The translations under genes and the position numbers were made by a program. From Bacteroidetes bacterium ADurb.Bin217 (GTDB lineage: Bacteria > Bacteroidota > Bacteroidia > Bacteroidales > UBA1715), in contig MWCJ01000005.1 in the NCBI GenBank assembly GCA_002069975.1, positions 2,497 through 66,496 on the forward strand: a stretch of 64,000 bases of DNA, given 5' to 3'. A model generated the notes under the pieces. The model searched no databases. It was given only the letters and a program-made list of their open reading frames with translations, and was not told the origin of the DNA. Numbering within the stretch: the stretch's first letter is position 1; every line of letters begins with the position of its first letter. Below, one piece after another: positions 39,939 through 50,720 of the stretch.

Positions 39939-41222
39939 ATGATTACAAATAAGCTATATAATCACATTCCATACAAAGAATTATATCCTTTATTTCTATA
40001 TACAGTAAAATGGCTTGTATTATCTATTTGCATTGGTAGCATTATAGGCTCTGCATCTGCATTGTTTTTACTCAGTCTCGATTGGGTTACCAATTATCGA
40101 GAATCACATACAGTAATTATTTGGTTATTACCCATTGCGGGATTAATTATTGGACTTACGTACCTATATATTGGAAATTCGGTAGTAAAAGGCAATAATC
40201 AAATACTCGAGGAATTTTATACTCCACAACAAAAAATACCTTTTCGCATGGCACCTCTCATTTTTTTTGGCACCATTATAACACACTTATTTGGGGGTTC
40301 GGCGGGACGCGAAGGCACTGCAGTTCAAATGGGAGCAGCAATTGCAGATCAATTTCGAACATTATTTCGACTCAAACAACGCGATAGAAATACCATACTT
40401 ATTCTTGGAGTAAGTGCGGGGTTTGCATCGGTATTTGGAACACCAATAGCAGGAGCTGTATTCGCAATAGAGGTTATGATAATTGGCAGAATGCGTTACG
40501 ATGCCCTCTTACCAAGTATTATGGTTGCTTTGGTTGCTCATTATGTTTGCACGTTATTTCCTGTTCATCATACACAATATTCAATAGTACAAGTACCTAT
40601 ATTTTCGGGTGAATATATTTTTTGGATACTTCTATGCGGTGTGATTTTCGGTGTAACTGCTCGTTTGTTTTCGCTCTCTGTTAGTCTATGGACTATATGG
40701 TTTGCTAAATTTATTGCCTATGCACCATTACGACCATTTTTTGGAGGTATTATTATAGCTATTGTTGTCTACAGTATAGGAACTACAAAATATATAGGAT
40801 TAGGAATACCTACTATACAAGCTTCATTTACCGAAGAGTTGTTTTGGTACGATTTTATTTTAAAATTACTATTTACAGCATTTACATTAGGTGCCGGATT
40901 TAAAGGCGGAGAAGTTACTCCTTTATTTTTTATAGGTGCAGCTTTGGGCAATGCACTTTCATTGTTTGTTCCTCTACCTTTTGCTTTACTTGCAGGAATG
41001 GGCTTTGTGGCTGTTTTTGCAGGTGCCACCAATACGCCTATTGCATGTGCTATTATGGGAATTGAATTGTTTGGAATAGATGCCGGTATATACATTGCAT
41101 TAGCGTGTATTACCGCATATATATTTTCGGGACATAGCAGTATTTATAGTTCACAAATTATAGGCAGTCCCAAACATGCTTTATTTATACGAAAAAAAGG
41201 AACCAAAATCAACCAACAATAA
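39939..41222 (+). CDS. CLC-family channel/antiporter with CLC-F (fluoride/proton antiporter) signature motifs
   Basis: GNNQI replaces the canonical GSGIP, GREGT replaces GREGP, and GEVTP replaces GxFxP. As I recall, this is the motif set that distinguishes the fluoride-specific CLC-F clade. Confidence 0.7.
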   Translation: MITNKLYNHIPYKELYPLFLYTVKWLVLSICIGSIIGSASALFLLSLDWVTNYRESHTVIIWLLPIAGLIIGLTYLYIGNSVVKGNNQILEEFYTPQQKIPFRMAPLIFFGTIITHLFGGSAGREGTAVQMGAAIADQFRTLFRLKQRDRNTILILGVSAGFASVFGTPIAGAVFAIEVMIIGRMRYDALLPSIMVALVAHYVCTLFPVHHTQYSIVQVPIFSGEYIFWILLCGVIFGVTARLFSLSVSLWTIWFAKFIAYAPLRPFFGGIIIAIVVYSIGTTKYIGLGIPTIQASFTEELFWYDFILKLLFTAFTLGAGFKGGEVTPLFFIGAALGNALSLFVPLPFALLAGMGFVAVFAGATNTPIACAIMGIELFGIDAGIYIALACITAYIFSGHSSIYSSQIIGSPKHALFIRKKGTKINQQ

Positions 41223-41640
41223 TTTTGGCATGTTCTTTTTCAATTACTGGTATTTTATCAATAGGTATATGCAGCCAGGAATATGCAGCTGAAGGTGAGG
41301 TAACGGTATGAACATGTACCCCTATTTCGCGAATAAAATCATCGAACATTTGTGCCCATACCACCTGATTAGGTGTTTGAGTAATAATAACCGTTTTACG
41401 AGTTGCTACAAATTCGGGATTTGATGTTATAAAATTTACAAAAGATTCAACATATGTTTTGTCAAAACTATGAAAATCAACATGTCGAATATCTGTAATA
41501 ACAGAGAATAATGGGGAATACAGTGGATGTTTCGATTCAGCTTCTTTTAATTGTAAAAAATGCGGCAACGACACATTTCCGGCATAATACTCAATTAGTA
41601 CATTACATTCGGGAATTATTGAAAATTTTGAAAGTGACAT
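41209..41640 (-). CDS. Hypothetical protein (about 143 aa, no recognised family)
   Basis: Open frame with ATG at 41640; the track start at 41646 is a TTG. Its 3' end overlaps the convergent CLC gene by 14 nt. I could not assign a domain. Confidence 0.45.
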   Translation of the reverse strand: MSLSKFSIIPECNVLIEYYAGNVSLPHFLQLKEAESKHPLYSPLFSVITDIRHVDFHSFDKTYVESFVNFITSNPEFVATRKTVIITQTPNQVVWAQMFDDFIREIGVHVHTVTSPSAAYSWLHIPIDKIPVIEKEHAKIIVG

Positions 41641-41714
41641 GTTCAAATAGTTACAGTATTACATACAAAGAATACGAATTGTAAATATACTATTTTTTAT
41701 ACATAAAAGAATAT

Positions 41715-42761
41715 TTAAAACCCTAATTCTTTTAAAATTCTTTCGCAGCTACACATGCTATCTAATTGAGGTAGATACATTTGATATGCTTCGTGTTGCA
41801 ATTTTTTAGCGTACGACGACGCAAAAAAGTATTTACCGTTGTTTATGACATAATTAAGAATAAAAAATCGATATGCTTCTTTCATAAAACGTATTTCAGA
41901 TTCTGTAAGTGGAAAAACCGAATGATATTCTTTGAGAAACAAAATAAACCGTTCTTCGTTAAGTTGCGACGATGTATAACTAAAATCTGTTTTGTCGCCA
42001 ATATCAGAAACCACACGGCTAAACGAATAAAAATCGAGTATACGAGAACTCATGCGAAACCAATCGTAATCCCATCTCGAAAAAAATGAACCATTATCGC
42101 GTACCGAAAAATTACCTATATTCCAATCTACAAACACCGGAATTTGAGAAAAAGAATCCATTCCTAAAACTTCGTACTGTTCTAAAAAGATAGAACAATG
42201 TTTACGAATAAGATCAATATTTCCTTCAAATTTCAAATCACTTCCTTCTTTTTGTAATCGCCGGAGCAATGAATGTATATCTTTTTGTAAATTTTTTGAC
42301 GATTTTGGCAACACCGGAGTCATTGTATCGCATATCTTATGAAACTTAGCCAATTCTCTTCCTAGTATTTTTATTTGCTCTTCGTGCAAACGTTTAGGTA
42401 ATTTATTTTTTATGCGTACTACTCTATAAAATACCAACCACACATCTATATTAGAATCATCATATTTATAGAGAAATAATTCATCATTTTTCATCAATGA
42501 ACTCGAAAGAAATAAATCGTAAGGATATTCCAAATTATTAGCCATTACATTTATTATAGTATGGTCTTCTTTGAAATTTTCGAATTTGCCAAAATTCGAA
42601 ACTTTTGCCATAATAAAATTTCCATCTATAAATGTTACCGCAAACACCTTATTCGTTGAAACATTGGCACTTACATCTACTATCGAAGCAATTTCTCGCT
42701 TTGGATTATACTCTTTCCATGCTTTGGAAATTATTGAATGGTATTGAATTGGTTCTATCAT
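41715..42761 (-). CDS. Protein-kinase-fold phosphotransferase (APH/CotS-like), substrate unknown
   Basis: The catalytic-loop-like VDWNIGNFSV gives D-x4-N spacing, and the downstream WDYDWF resembles the DFD/DFG metal-binding motif of aminoglycoside/choline kinase-like enzymes. The usual His before the catalytic Asp is absent. Confidence 0.5.
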   Translation of the reverse strand: MIEPIQYHSIISKAWKEYNPKREIASIVDVSANVSTNKVFAVTFIDGNFIMAKVSNFGKFENFKEDHTIINVMANNLEYPYDLFLSSSLMKNDELFLYKYDDSNIDVWLVFYRVVRIKNKLPKRLHEEQIKILGRELAKFHKICDTMTPVLPKSSKNLQKDIHSLLRRLQKEGSDLKFEGNIDLIRKHCSIFLEQYEVLGMDSFSQIPVFVDWNIGNFSVRDNGSFFSRWDYDWFRMSSRILDFYSFSRVVSDIGDKTDFSYTSSQLNEERFILFLKEYHSVFPLTESEIRFMKEAYRFFILNYVINNGKYFFASSYAKKLQHEAYQMYLPQLDSMCSCERILKELGF

Positions 42762-42901
42762 GTATTAAAATCTTAATATCACAAAATTAAATAAAAATCA
42801 TAGCTGTTTGTATAATTTGAAGTAAATCAAATATACTACATTTTTACATAAAACTATATGGTAAAAGGGAACTAAAGTATCTTTCGTAAATTGACATGTA
42901 T

Positions 42902-43549
42902 TTACCTCGAAACTTGATAATTCTGATAAAAATTAGGAATCGAAAACAGAGATAAATCAACATGAGAACGAGTAATGTTAGTAACAATATGACTCGATTT
43001 TTCTACCCGTAATAACGTTCTACTTTCAATAAGCATGGGCATTTCGCCTTTCATGGTATTTGTAGGCAACGACATAAATGCTAAAAAACTATCGTCGATA
43101 TATGCCGAAATTCCTGCCATAGGAGTATAAAAATTGAATGAATCTGAAGCAATCCAATAACTAATTTCCGAATTTTGTGATTTATTACGTACTCGCCACT
43201 GATAACATTTGTATCCGTTAATATATTTGTAAATACCGGTATTTATAATGTCGTAATCAGACTGTTTATTGGCATGTAATTGTTGCACATCAACTTTGCT
43301 GTATAATTTTTGATTTGGATTGAGTGCGGTAATAGTACTATCTTTAATATTGATAATATAAAATTGTTTAAGTCGTTTATACGTATCGTATTCATCTATC
43401 CGTATAAAGTTATTTTTTATGGTATAAGAATAGTATAGGGTATCTGAAAGGGTTCGTTTAACCACATCAATTCTGCCTTCAAAATTTTGCGAATACGACG
43501 CAAATATTCCAAATATGCTCAAAAATACTGATAATAAAAAAATCTTCAT
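42902..43549 (-). CDS. Hypothetical secreted protein
   Basis: Signal peptide MKIFLLSVFLSIFGIFASYSQ from the ATG at 43549. No recognised motif. Confidence 0.5.
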   Translation of the reverse strand: MKIFLLSVFLSIFGIFASYSQNFEGRIDVVKRTLSDTLYYSYTIKNNFIRIDEYDTYKRLKQFYIINIKDSTITALNPNQKLYSKVDVQQLHANKQSDYDIINTGIYKYINGYKCYQWRVRNKSQNSEISYWIASDSFNFYTPMAGISAYIDDSFLAFMSLPTNTMKGEMPMLIESRTLLRVEKSSHIVTNITRSHVDLSLFSIPNFYQNYQVSR

Positions 43550-43599
43550 ATTTTTGCAAAAATAACCCAACTACCAAAAATAAGAAATAAGTCCCAACA

Positions 43600-43980
43600 A
43601 TGCAACACAAAAATACACAAAAAACTGAATTAGGTGCTAAAGGAGAGCAAATTGCGTGTAAATACTTAAGTTCTCACGGGTATATAATTCTTGAACGAAA
43701 CTGGCGATTTTCACATAAAGAAATAGATATAATTGCTCAACAAGGCAATACAATTCATGTAGTAGAAGTAAAAACCAGAGCAACAACATTTTTTGAACGA
43801 CCACAAGATGCTGTAACAAAAGACAAACAACGGTTTTTAATAGCAGCGATTAATAATTACATTCAAAATATACCAAACTTTACCGGCGAAATTCAATTTG
43901 ATATAATTACAGTATTAATTGAACCTCAACAAGAACATGTGGAATTTATTCCCGATGCGTTTTATCCTGTTTGTAAATAA
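43600..43980 (+). CDS. yraN: YraN-family (UPF0102) endonuclease-like protein
   Basis: 126 aa. GEQIACKYL..GYIILERNWR....EIDIIA.....IHVVEVKTR is the conserved YraN pattern. Confidence 0.8.
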   Translation: MQHKNTQKTELGAKGEQIACKYLSSHGYIILERNWRFSHKEIDIIAQQGNTIHVVEVKTRATTFFERPQDAVTKDKQRFLIAAINNYIQNIPNFTGEIQFDIITVLIEPQQEHVEFIPDAFYPVCK

Positions 43981-44715
43981 TTATACAATTCCTATAAATG
44001 CACAGAATCTTCCTGTAGCTCCGTCGCGTCGATACGAATAAAAATGTTCGGGTACTGCATATGTTCCCATACGCGAATTCATAATCATTCCAACTCCTGT
44101 TTGTAGTATTATATCTTCTATTCTTCCATTAAGGTTACAATATAGTTTTTGCCCACTTTCTTTGAAATAGTGGCGAGGAAAATAATCTAAAAATTCATTA
44201 CCCACTTCATAATACTGCTGTTGAATGGTTGGGCCAATATATGCTGTTAATTCTTCGGGTTTTACAAATGCTGCTAATTCAGAAATGGTTTTTTCTAAAA
44301 TACCATCGCGAACACCTCGCCACCCACAATGAACAGCAGCTATAATAGAAAACGATGAATCATGCAATAGTACCGAACCGCAATCGGCCAAGCTTACTGT
44401 CAACAATACTCCTCTTTGAGTTGTATAAAATGCATCACCTTCGGTATCGTTTACAAAATCATCGTCAACGCGCACTACTTTATTGGAATGTGTTTGGCGC
44501 ATGTGTGCCACCGAAAATCCGGGTGCTATAGTACCAAAAAATAATTGTCTATTATGCTGCACATTCAAAGGATTGTCTGCAGTGTGTAAACCTAAATTCA
44601 TTGAAGCATATACTCCTTTGCTTATTCCACCATTACGAGTAGATACGCCGGCTATACATAATGGACTATCAATATATTGATAATATGGTATATCGTTAGA
44701 GGTTTGAAATTTCAT
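43981..44715 (-). CDS. pgeF: Peptidoglycan editing factor PgeF (YfiH / laccase-domain protein)
   Basis: MRQTHSNKV, ADCGSVLL and AVHCGWRG motifs of the YfiH/PgeF family. Confidence 0.85.
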   Translation of the reverse strand: MKFQTSNDIPYYQYIDSPLCIAGVSTRNGGISKGVYASMNLGLHTADNPLNVQHNRQLFFGTIAPGFSVAHMRQTHSNKVVRVDDDFVNDTEGDAFYTTQRGVLLTVSLADCGSVLLHDSSFSIIAAVHCGWRGVRDGILEKTISELAAFVKPEELTAYIGPTIQQQYYEVGNEFLDYFPRHYFKESGQKLYCNLNGRIEDIILQTGVGMIMNSRMGTYAVPEHFYSYRRDGATGRFCAFIGIV

Positions 44716-44860
44716 AATATACAGTATGTATTTTTATTTGTAATTAAAGGGTATTCTTGCATTTTACACTATCTAATACTCCCTTGATTTCGTATTACAA
44801 AGTGCTTAAAATTACAAAAAATATTGATGAATTCATACAAATGTTTATATATTTTTATCT

Positions 44861-44868
44861 TAAGTTTG
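44861..44868 (+). promoter_or_regulatory. Bacteroidota -7 promoter box
   Basis: TAAGTTTG lies about 31 nt upstream of the ATG at 44899. Confidence 0.4.
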
Positions 44869-44898
44869 TAGACTAATAAAAACATAAAAATAAATAAT

Positions 44899-46500
44899 AT
44901 GGCAAATTTTTTATATCAAAAAATGTTTCAAACCGGCGAAGACAAAACAAAATATCGGTTACTTACAAAAGACTTTGTTTCTACTATTTCTGTTGAAGGC
45001 AGAACTATTTTAAAAGTTGACCCCAAAGGTCTTGAATTATTAGCAAAAGAAGCTATTGCCGATGTTTCTTTTTATTTGCGAAGCGAACATTTACAAGGAC
45101 TTTCAAACATTATAAAAGACCCTGAAGCTTCTGATAATGATAAGTTTGTAGCAGATACTATGCTTCGCAATCAAGTTGTTTCAGCCGAAGGTGAATTACC
45201 AACATGCCAAGATACCGGAACAGCTATAGTAATTGCAAAAAAAGGAGAAGCTGTATGGACCGGTGTTAACGACGAAGAATTTTTATCAAAAGGTATTTAC
45301 GAAACATATCAAGAAAAAAACTTACGATATTCACAAGTTGTAGCAACATCATTATTCGACGAAAAAAATTCAGGTAACAACTTACCTGCACAAATTGATA
45401 TAATGGCTACCTACGGAAATGAATATGAATTTGTATTCATTACAAAAGGAGGAGGTTCGGCTAATAAAACATATTTATATCAAGAAACTAAATCGGTATT
45501 AAACGAAGAAGCGTTTACAAAATTTATTCGCACTAAAATTAAAGATTTAGGCACATCGGCTTGCCCTCCCTACCATATAGCTTTTGTAATAGGCGGACAA
45601 GTAGATACAAATTTAAAAACGGTAAAACTTGCGTCGGCAAAATATTATGATGGATTACCTACCAAAGGAAATGATGCGGGAGTAGCATTTCGTGATATAG
45701 AATGGGAAGCAAAAATTCAAAAAATAGCAGAAGAACTTGGCATGGGAGCACAATTTGGCGGTAAAGCATTTGCTCACGATATTCGAGTAATTCGATTGCC
45801 ACGTCATGCAGCTTCTTGTCCTATTGGTATGGGTGTTAGCTGTAGTGCCGACCGTAATATAAAAGCAAAAATTACAGCAGATGGTATATTTTTAGAAGAA
45901 TTAGAAAAAAATCCTGCTAAATATCTTCCCGAAGCAGCTTTGGAACTTGCTCCTGCAGTTGAAATCAACATAGACCAACCAATGGATGAAGTGCGTAAAA
46001 TTTTAACTCAATATCCTATTAAAACTCGGTTAAGTCTAACAGGTACTCTTGTAGTTGCAAGAGATATAGCTCACGCTCAATTCAAAAAAATGATAGACGA
46101 AGGCAAACCTCTACCTGAATATTTAAAAAAACATCCTGTATATTACGCCGGACCAGCAAAAACTCCAAAAGGCATGGCGTCGGGTAGTTTTGGTCCAACT
46201 ACAGCAGGACGAATGGATTCGTATGTAGATGTATTGCAAAGTCTTGGAGGTTCACTCGTAATGGTAGCTAAAGGAAATCGTTCGCCACAAGTACGCGAGG
46301 CGTGTAAAAAACACGGAGGTTTTTATTTAGGTTCTATTGGAGGTCCGGCTGCTATATTGGCAAAAGAAAGTATAAAATCGTCGGAAGTTATAGATTTTGA
46401 AGAACTTGGAATGGAAGCTGTGCGAAAAATTTATGTGGAAAATTTCCCTGCATTTATTATTTGTGACGATAAAGGAAACGATTTCTTTTTGCAGTTTTAA
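44899..46500 (+). CDS. Class I (Fe-S) fumarate hydratase, fused alpha/beta type
   Basis: 533 aa. CQDTGTAIV cluster-ligand context, a second Cys context SACPPYH, and a C-terminal beta domain (GPTTAGRMD). Confidence 0.9.
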   Translation: MANFLYQKMFQTGEDKTKYRLLTKDFVSTISVEGRTILKVDPKGLELLAKEAIADVSFYLRSEHLQGLSNIIKDPEASDNDKFVADTMLRNQVVSAEGELPTCQDTGTAIVIAKKGEAVWTGVNDEEFLSKGIYETYQEKNLRYSQVVATSLFDEKNSGNNLPAQIDIMATYGNEYEFVFITKGGGSANKTYLYQETKSVLNEEAFTKFIRTKIKDLGTSACPPYHIAFVIGGQVDTNLKTVKLASAKYYDGLPTKGNDAGVAFRDIEWEAKIQKIAEELGMGAQFGGKAFAHDIRVIRLPRHAASCPIGMGVSCSADRNIKAKITADGIFLEELEKNPAKYLPEAALELAPAVEINIDQPMDEVRKILTQYPIKTRLSLTGTLVVARDIAHAQFKKMIDEGKPLPEYLKKHPVYYAGPAKTPKGMASGSFGPTTAGRMDSYVDVLQSLGGSLVMVAKGNRSPQVREACKKHGGFYLGSIGGPAAILAKESIKSSEVIDFEELGMEAVRKIYVENFPAFIICDDKGNDFFLQF

Positions 46501-46520
46501 ATATTTTTATTTTAACAAAA

Positions 46521-46556
46521 AAGGCTGTTAATTATATAATTAACAGCCTTTTTTAT
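46521..46556. terminator. Bidirectional rho-independent terminator between convergent genes
   Basis: AAGGCTGTTAATTA and TAATTAACAGCCTT form a near-perfect 14-bp palindrome (46521..46550), flanked by an A run upstream and T5 downstream. Confidence 0.8.
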
Positions 46557-46580
46557 AATTAGTAGATTTCAATAATCTCT

Positions 46581-47603
46581 TTAAAACACAAAATTAAACG
46601 ACGCATTATAGCTTAATCCACGAAGATTACGATTGTCTAATGATAATGGAAGGAAATAGCTTACTTTAGTATCTATAAGTATGTACTTTGTTTTAAAAAG
46701 TTCTACACCTATTGATGGGCTAATAAACCAATAATTTTTTCGGATTTCATCGCTCGTTGCCAATATCCCACCCACGGCATAACTCGAATATAAATTCATA
46801 GTTTTTTTATTGCCTCTACCTAAATAGCGTGAATAAAAGTCTTGTCCAAAACTTAATACAAACAATTCGCTATAGGCAGTAGAATCATTCTTATCGGTTT
46901 CTAAAGTTTTGTAAGCACCAATATTCGCATAACTTTTACCACGTGTAAACAAATATTTTAAAAAATATCCTTGATACATATCGTATGATAAACCCGGTAA
47001 AGGATTTTCTATTTGTAAAAATGAATATTCAAATCCGGGCATATTTACAAATGACACTTTTGACGAACTCGGTCCTGCTAAATCGTCATATATATTCAAT
47101 TCAATTTTATAATCATAATTATATTCTAACATTCGTTTTTCCTTTTGAAAAATTTGATCGTCAATTTTTCGCAATTCATTCCATATAGTTATGTATTGTT
47201 CGTTTTTTTCGGGAAGCGATGCAAGTAATACTTCGTATGAAGTTTTTTGATTTTGCAAATACGTAAGTTCAAGTTCTATTTCTTGTTTACTATCGTAATA
47301 ATTTGATGTTGAAATATTTTTGCTAATTACATTTCCGATTTTAGGCAATAATGTGTCAAATATTGCATACTGATTAGCTGTTAATAAGAAAGTTATATTT
47401 GTAGATTTATCGCTTTGACTTTGATTTTCAATCGTTATTTTTTGTTTTCTTATAAAATCTTGAATTGTATAATTTGACGCATCAAAACTCATGGTTCGAA
47501 TTTGAATAGTTACTATTTGCGATAATTTAGGTTCGGTGGTCTGTGCATTTACAAAAACAATTGATACAATACACAATAGAAATAGAGAAAAAAATGATTT
47601 CAT
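46581..47603 (-). CDS. Hypothetical outer-membrane/secreted protein
   Basis: Signal peptide MKSFFSLFLLCIVSIVFVNAQ from the ATG at 47603. The coiled-coil-like middle and the aromatic-rich C-terminal third ending in F suggest a beta-barrel. No family assigned. Confidence 0.5.
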   Translation of the reverse strand: MKSFFSLFLLCIVSIVFVNAQTTEPKLSQIVTIQIRTMSFDASNYTIQDFIRKQKITIENQSQSDKSTNITFLLTANQYAIFDTLLPKIGNVISKNISTSNYYDSKQEIELELTYLQNQKTSYEVLLASLPEKNEQYITIWNELRKIDDQIFQKEKRMLEYNYDYKIELNIYDDLAGPSSSKVSFVNMPGFEYSFLQIENPLPGLSYDMYQGYFLKYLFTRGKSYANIGAYKTLETDKNDSTAYSELFVLSFGQDFYSRYLGRGNKKTMNLYSSYAVGGILATSDEIRKNYWFISPSIGVELFKTKYILIDTKVSYFLPLSLDNRNLRGLSYNASFNFVF

Positions 47604-47707
47604 ACAATTAGGTTTAAGAGAGGTTTCTTTGTAATTTTTTGCAAAGATAATAAAATACATATACATCGTAGCTTTGAATACAGTTTAATAATTTTTACCT
47701 ATCATCT

Positions 47708-50491
47708 CTAATGCGCCTCCAACCAATTTTTTCCTACACCCAACTCTACTAGCAACGGAACCGAAAGTGAAACAGCTTGTTGCATACCTTGCGTTATAAT
47801 TGTTTTCATAGTTTCTAATTCGCTTGTATGCACCGAAAAGTTTAACTCATCGTGAACCTGCATAATAAGTTTACTTTGCATATTTTGTTGTTTCATTTCG
47901 GAGTGAATACGAATCATAGCAATTTTCATAATATCTGCGGCTGTACCTTGTATAGGTGCGTTTACGGCATTTCGTTCGGCAAATCCTCGTACGGTAGCAT
48001 TTTGCGAATGAATATCGGGAACATACCTACGGCGGCCGAACATAGTTTCCACATATCCTAATTCGCGAGCAGTATGTATTTGTGAGTCCATAAATGCTTT
48101 TACTTTTGGATAATTTGCAAAATATCCGTCAATTAAAAATTGGGCATCTTTGCGAGCTATGTTAAGTGTTTGCGACAATCCAAATGCACTTGAACCATAG
48201 GCTATTGCAAAATTTGCCGACTTAGCTTGCCTACGCTGTTCAGGTGTAACCTCATCTAAGGATACATTAAAAATTTTTGCAGCAGTTGCCGTATGCACAT
48301 CTTCGCCATTTATAAATGCTTGTATAAAATTTTCATCGCCACTCATATGTGCTATTACTCGTAATTCTATTTGCGAATAATCGGCCGACACAAATACATG
48401 TTCGGACTCCAAGGGAATAAATGCTTTACGAATTTCTCTGCCTTTTGCAGTTTTTATTGGTATATTTTGCAAATTCGGATTAGTAGAACTCAATCGTCCG
48501 GTTGCCACCACAGCCTGATTAAACGATGCATGAATAAACCCGGTTTTTTGATTTACAAGCAATGGCAATGAATCTACATAGGTTGACAGTAACTTTTTCA
48601 ACTCACGAAATTCCAATATTAAAGCAATAATAGGATGCGTGCCAAGTAATTTCTCAAGAACCTCCTCACCGGTTGCATATTGCTTTGTTTTTGTTTTTTT
48701 AGCTTTTTCTGATATTTGCAATTTATCAAATAGAATTTCACCTAATTGCTTTGGTGAGCCAATATTAAATGTTTCACCCGCAAGCTCATATATTTGTTTT
48801 TCAATAGCTTGCACTTCTGTTGTAAGCATTGTCGAAAATTCACTCAATGCATTGCTATCAATGTTAACCCCAGCTCGTTCCATATCGGACAATACCGGAA
48901 CCAATGGCACTTCGATATTGGTAAACAAATCTAATTGCCCTTTTTCTACCAATTCTTTGTGTAATAATGGATACAACTGAAAGGTAATATCGGCATCTTC
49001 ACCCGCATATTCCTTAGCTTGTTCTATAGGTACCGAGCGAAACGAATCTTGATTTTTTCCCTTTTTACCAATAAGTTCCTCAATTTTAACCATTTCATAA
49101 GAAAGATATTGCTCCGAAAGAGATTCTAATTTATGTCGCCCCTCAGGTTGAATAATATAATGAGCCAATAAGGTATCGAAATATGGTGGGGAAACCTGAA
49201 TAGAATAATTAGCCAAGACAGAAATATCATATTTCAAATTTTGTCCAATTTTCAAAGCCGGCGATTGAAAAACCGGAATAAATTGCTTCGCTATTTCTTG
49301 AGCCTCCTTTTGATTTTCGGGAAATGGCACATAATAGGCTTTATTTTTTTCGAACGAAAAAGCTATTCCACACAATTCGGCATCTAATGTATTGAGCGAG
49401 GTAGTTTCGATATCGAAACAAAACTCTTTTTGACTCAACAATTCTTGAATTAATTTGTGAATATGCGATTGAGTATCGACCACAAAATAACTATGTTGCA
49501 CATCGGCAATAGTATTGTATTGCGACACATATGTAGTTTGCACAACAGGTTCATCAAACAAACCTAATTGTAACGAAACTGCTTGTTTTTGAGGTTTTGG
49601 AGCAACAGACTGCGTAGCTTGAGGCATAATTCTATCGAGCATATTACGAAACTCCAGTTCTACAAATTTATCGTGTAATACTGCAGCATTGAATTCTTCA
49701 CGTACAAAATTATAGTTGTTAAAATCTATAGGAACGTCAATTTTTATTGTTACCAGTAATTTCGACAACATAACCAATTCCTTATTTTGCAACAAACTTT
49801 CCTTTTGCTTCCCCTTAAGTTCATCAATATGTTCATAAATGCCCTCTATTGAGCCATATTGAGCAATAAGTGCCTTTGCGGTTTTTTCGCCAATACCTGG
49901 GGCACCGGGAACATTATCGGAACTATCGCCCCACAAACCTAAAATATCAATGACCTGTAACGGATGTGCAACTTCGAATTTTTGCAAAACTTCGGGTACA
50001 CCCATTATATCGATTCCGGCACCAAAACTTTTCGGACGATACATATAAATAGAATCTTGTACCAGTTGGCAATAATCTTTATCGGGAGTAGCCATAAACA
50101 CTTCGTAACCTTGAGCAGCTGCTTGTTTTGCTAATGTTCCTATTACATCATCGGCCTCATAGCCTTCTACTTGAATTACCGGAATATTCATTCCTTGTAA
50201 AACTTCCATAAGTTGAGGAATTGAAGCCTTTAAATCTTCGGGAGTTTCTTGTCTATTAGCCTTATACTTATCATACAAATCATGTCGAAATGTACTTCCT
50301 TTGGGATCGAATACTACACCAATATGCGTAGGATTTTGCGAACGCATTAATTCAAAAATGGTATTTACAAAGCCAAAAATACCCGACGTATTTACCCCTT
50401 TTGAATTAATTCGCGGATTTTTAATAAATGCAAAATACGAACGATACAACATTGCATGTCCGTCGATTAAAAAAAGTTTTTTGTGTGCCAT
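47708..50491 (-). CDS. polA: DNA polymerase I
   Basis: 927 aa with a 5'-3' exonuclease N-domain, a 3'-5' exonuclease region, and polymerase motifs (DYSQIELR, RRQAKSANFAIAYG, QVHDEL). Confidence 0.95.
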   Translation of the reverse strand: MAHKKLFLIDGHAMLYRSYFAFIKNPRINSKGVNTSGIFGFVNTIFELMRSQNPTHIGVVFDPKGSTFRHDLYDKYKANRQETPEDLKASIPQLMEVLQGMNIPVIQVEGYEADDVIGTLAKQAAAQGYEVFMATPDKDYCQLVQDSIYMYRPKSFGAGIDIMGVPEVLQKFEVAHPLQVIDILGLWGDSSDNVPGAPGIGEKTAKALIAQYGSIEGIYEHIDELKGKQKESLLQNKELVMLSKLLVTIKIDVPIDFNNYNFVREEFNAAVLHDKFVELEFRNMLDRIMPQATQSVAPKPQKQAVSLQLGLFDEPVVQTTYVSQYNTIADVQHSYFVVDTQSHIHKLIQELLSQKEFCFDIETTSLNTLDAELCGIAFSFEKNKAYYVPFPENQKEAQEIAKQFIPVFQSPALKIGQNLKYDISVLANYSIQVSPPYFDTLLAHYIIQPEGRHKLESLSEQYLSYEMVKIEELIGKKGKNQDSFRSVPIEQAKEYAGEDADITFQLYPLLHKELVEKGQLDLFTNIEVPLVPVLSDMERAGVNIDSNALSEFSTMLTTEVQAIEKQIYELAGETFNIGSPKQLGEILFDKLQISEKAKKTKTKQYATGEEVLEKLLGTHPIIALILEFRELKKLLSTYVDSLPLLVNQKTGFIHASFNQAVVATGRLSSTNPNLQNIPIKTAKGREIRKAFIPLESEHVFVSADYSQIELRVIAHMSGDENFIQAFINGEDVHTATAAKIFNVSLDEVTPEQRRQAKSANFAIAYGSSAFGLSQTLNIARKDAQFLIDGYFANYPKVKAFMDSQIHTARELGYVETMFGRRRYVPDIHSQNATVRGFAERNAVNAPIQGTAADIMKIAMIRIHSEMKQQNMQSKLIMQVHDELNFSVHTSELETMKTIITQGMQQAVSLSVPLLVELGVGKNWLEAH

Positions 50492-50720
50492 TCAAATATT
50501 TTTATATGGTAAAAATACTATTTTTATTTTAAACCCATATGTAAAACAAATGTAATAGCTCTGTAGAAATTTTTTAAATATGCAACATGAGTTCAACATA
50601 ATTTGATAAAAAAAATACAAATATTTCTGATAATTCTAAACATCACTATATTTATTATAAAATTGCTAATCAATAATTTATAACAAATCTGTTCGAAAAA
50701 ATTGCACAATTTTCATTAGT

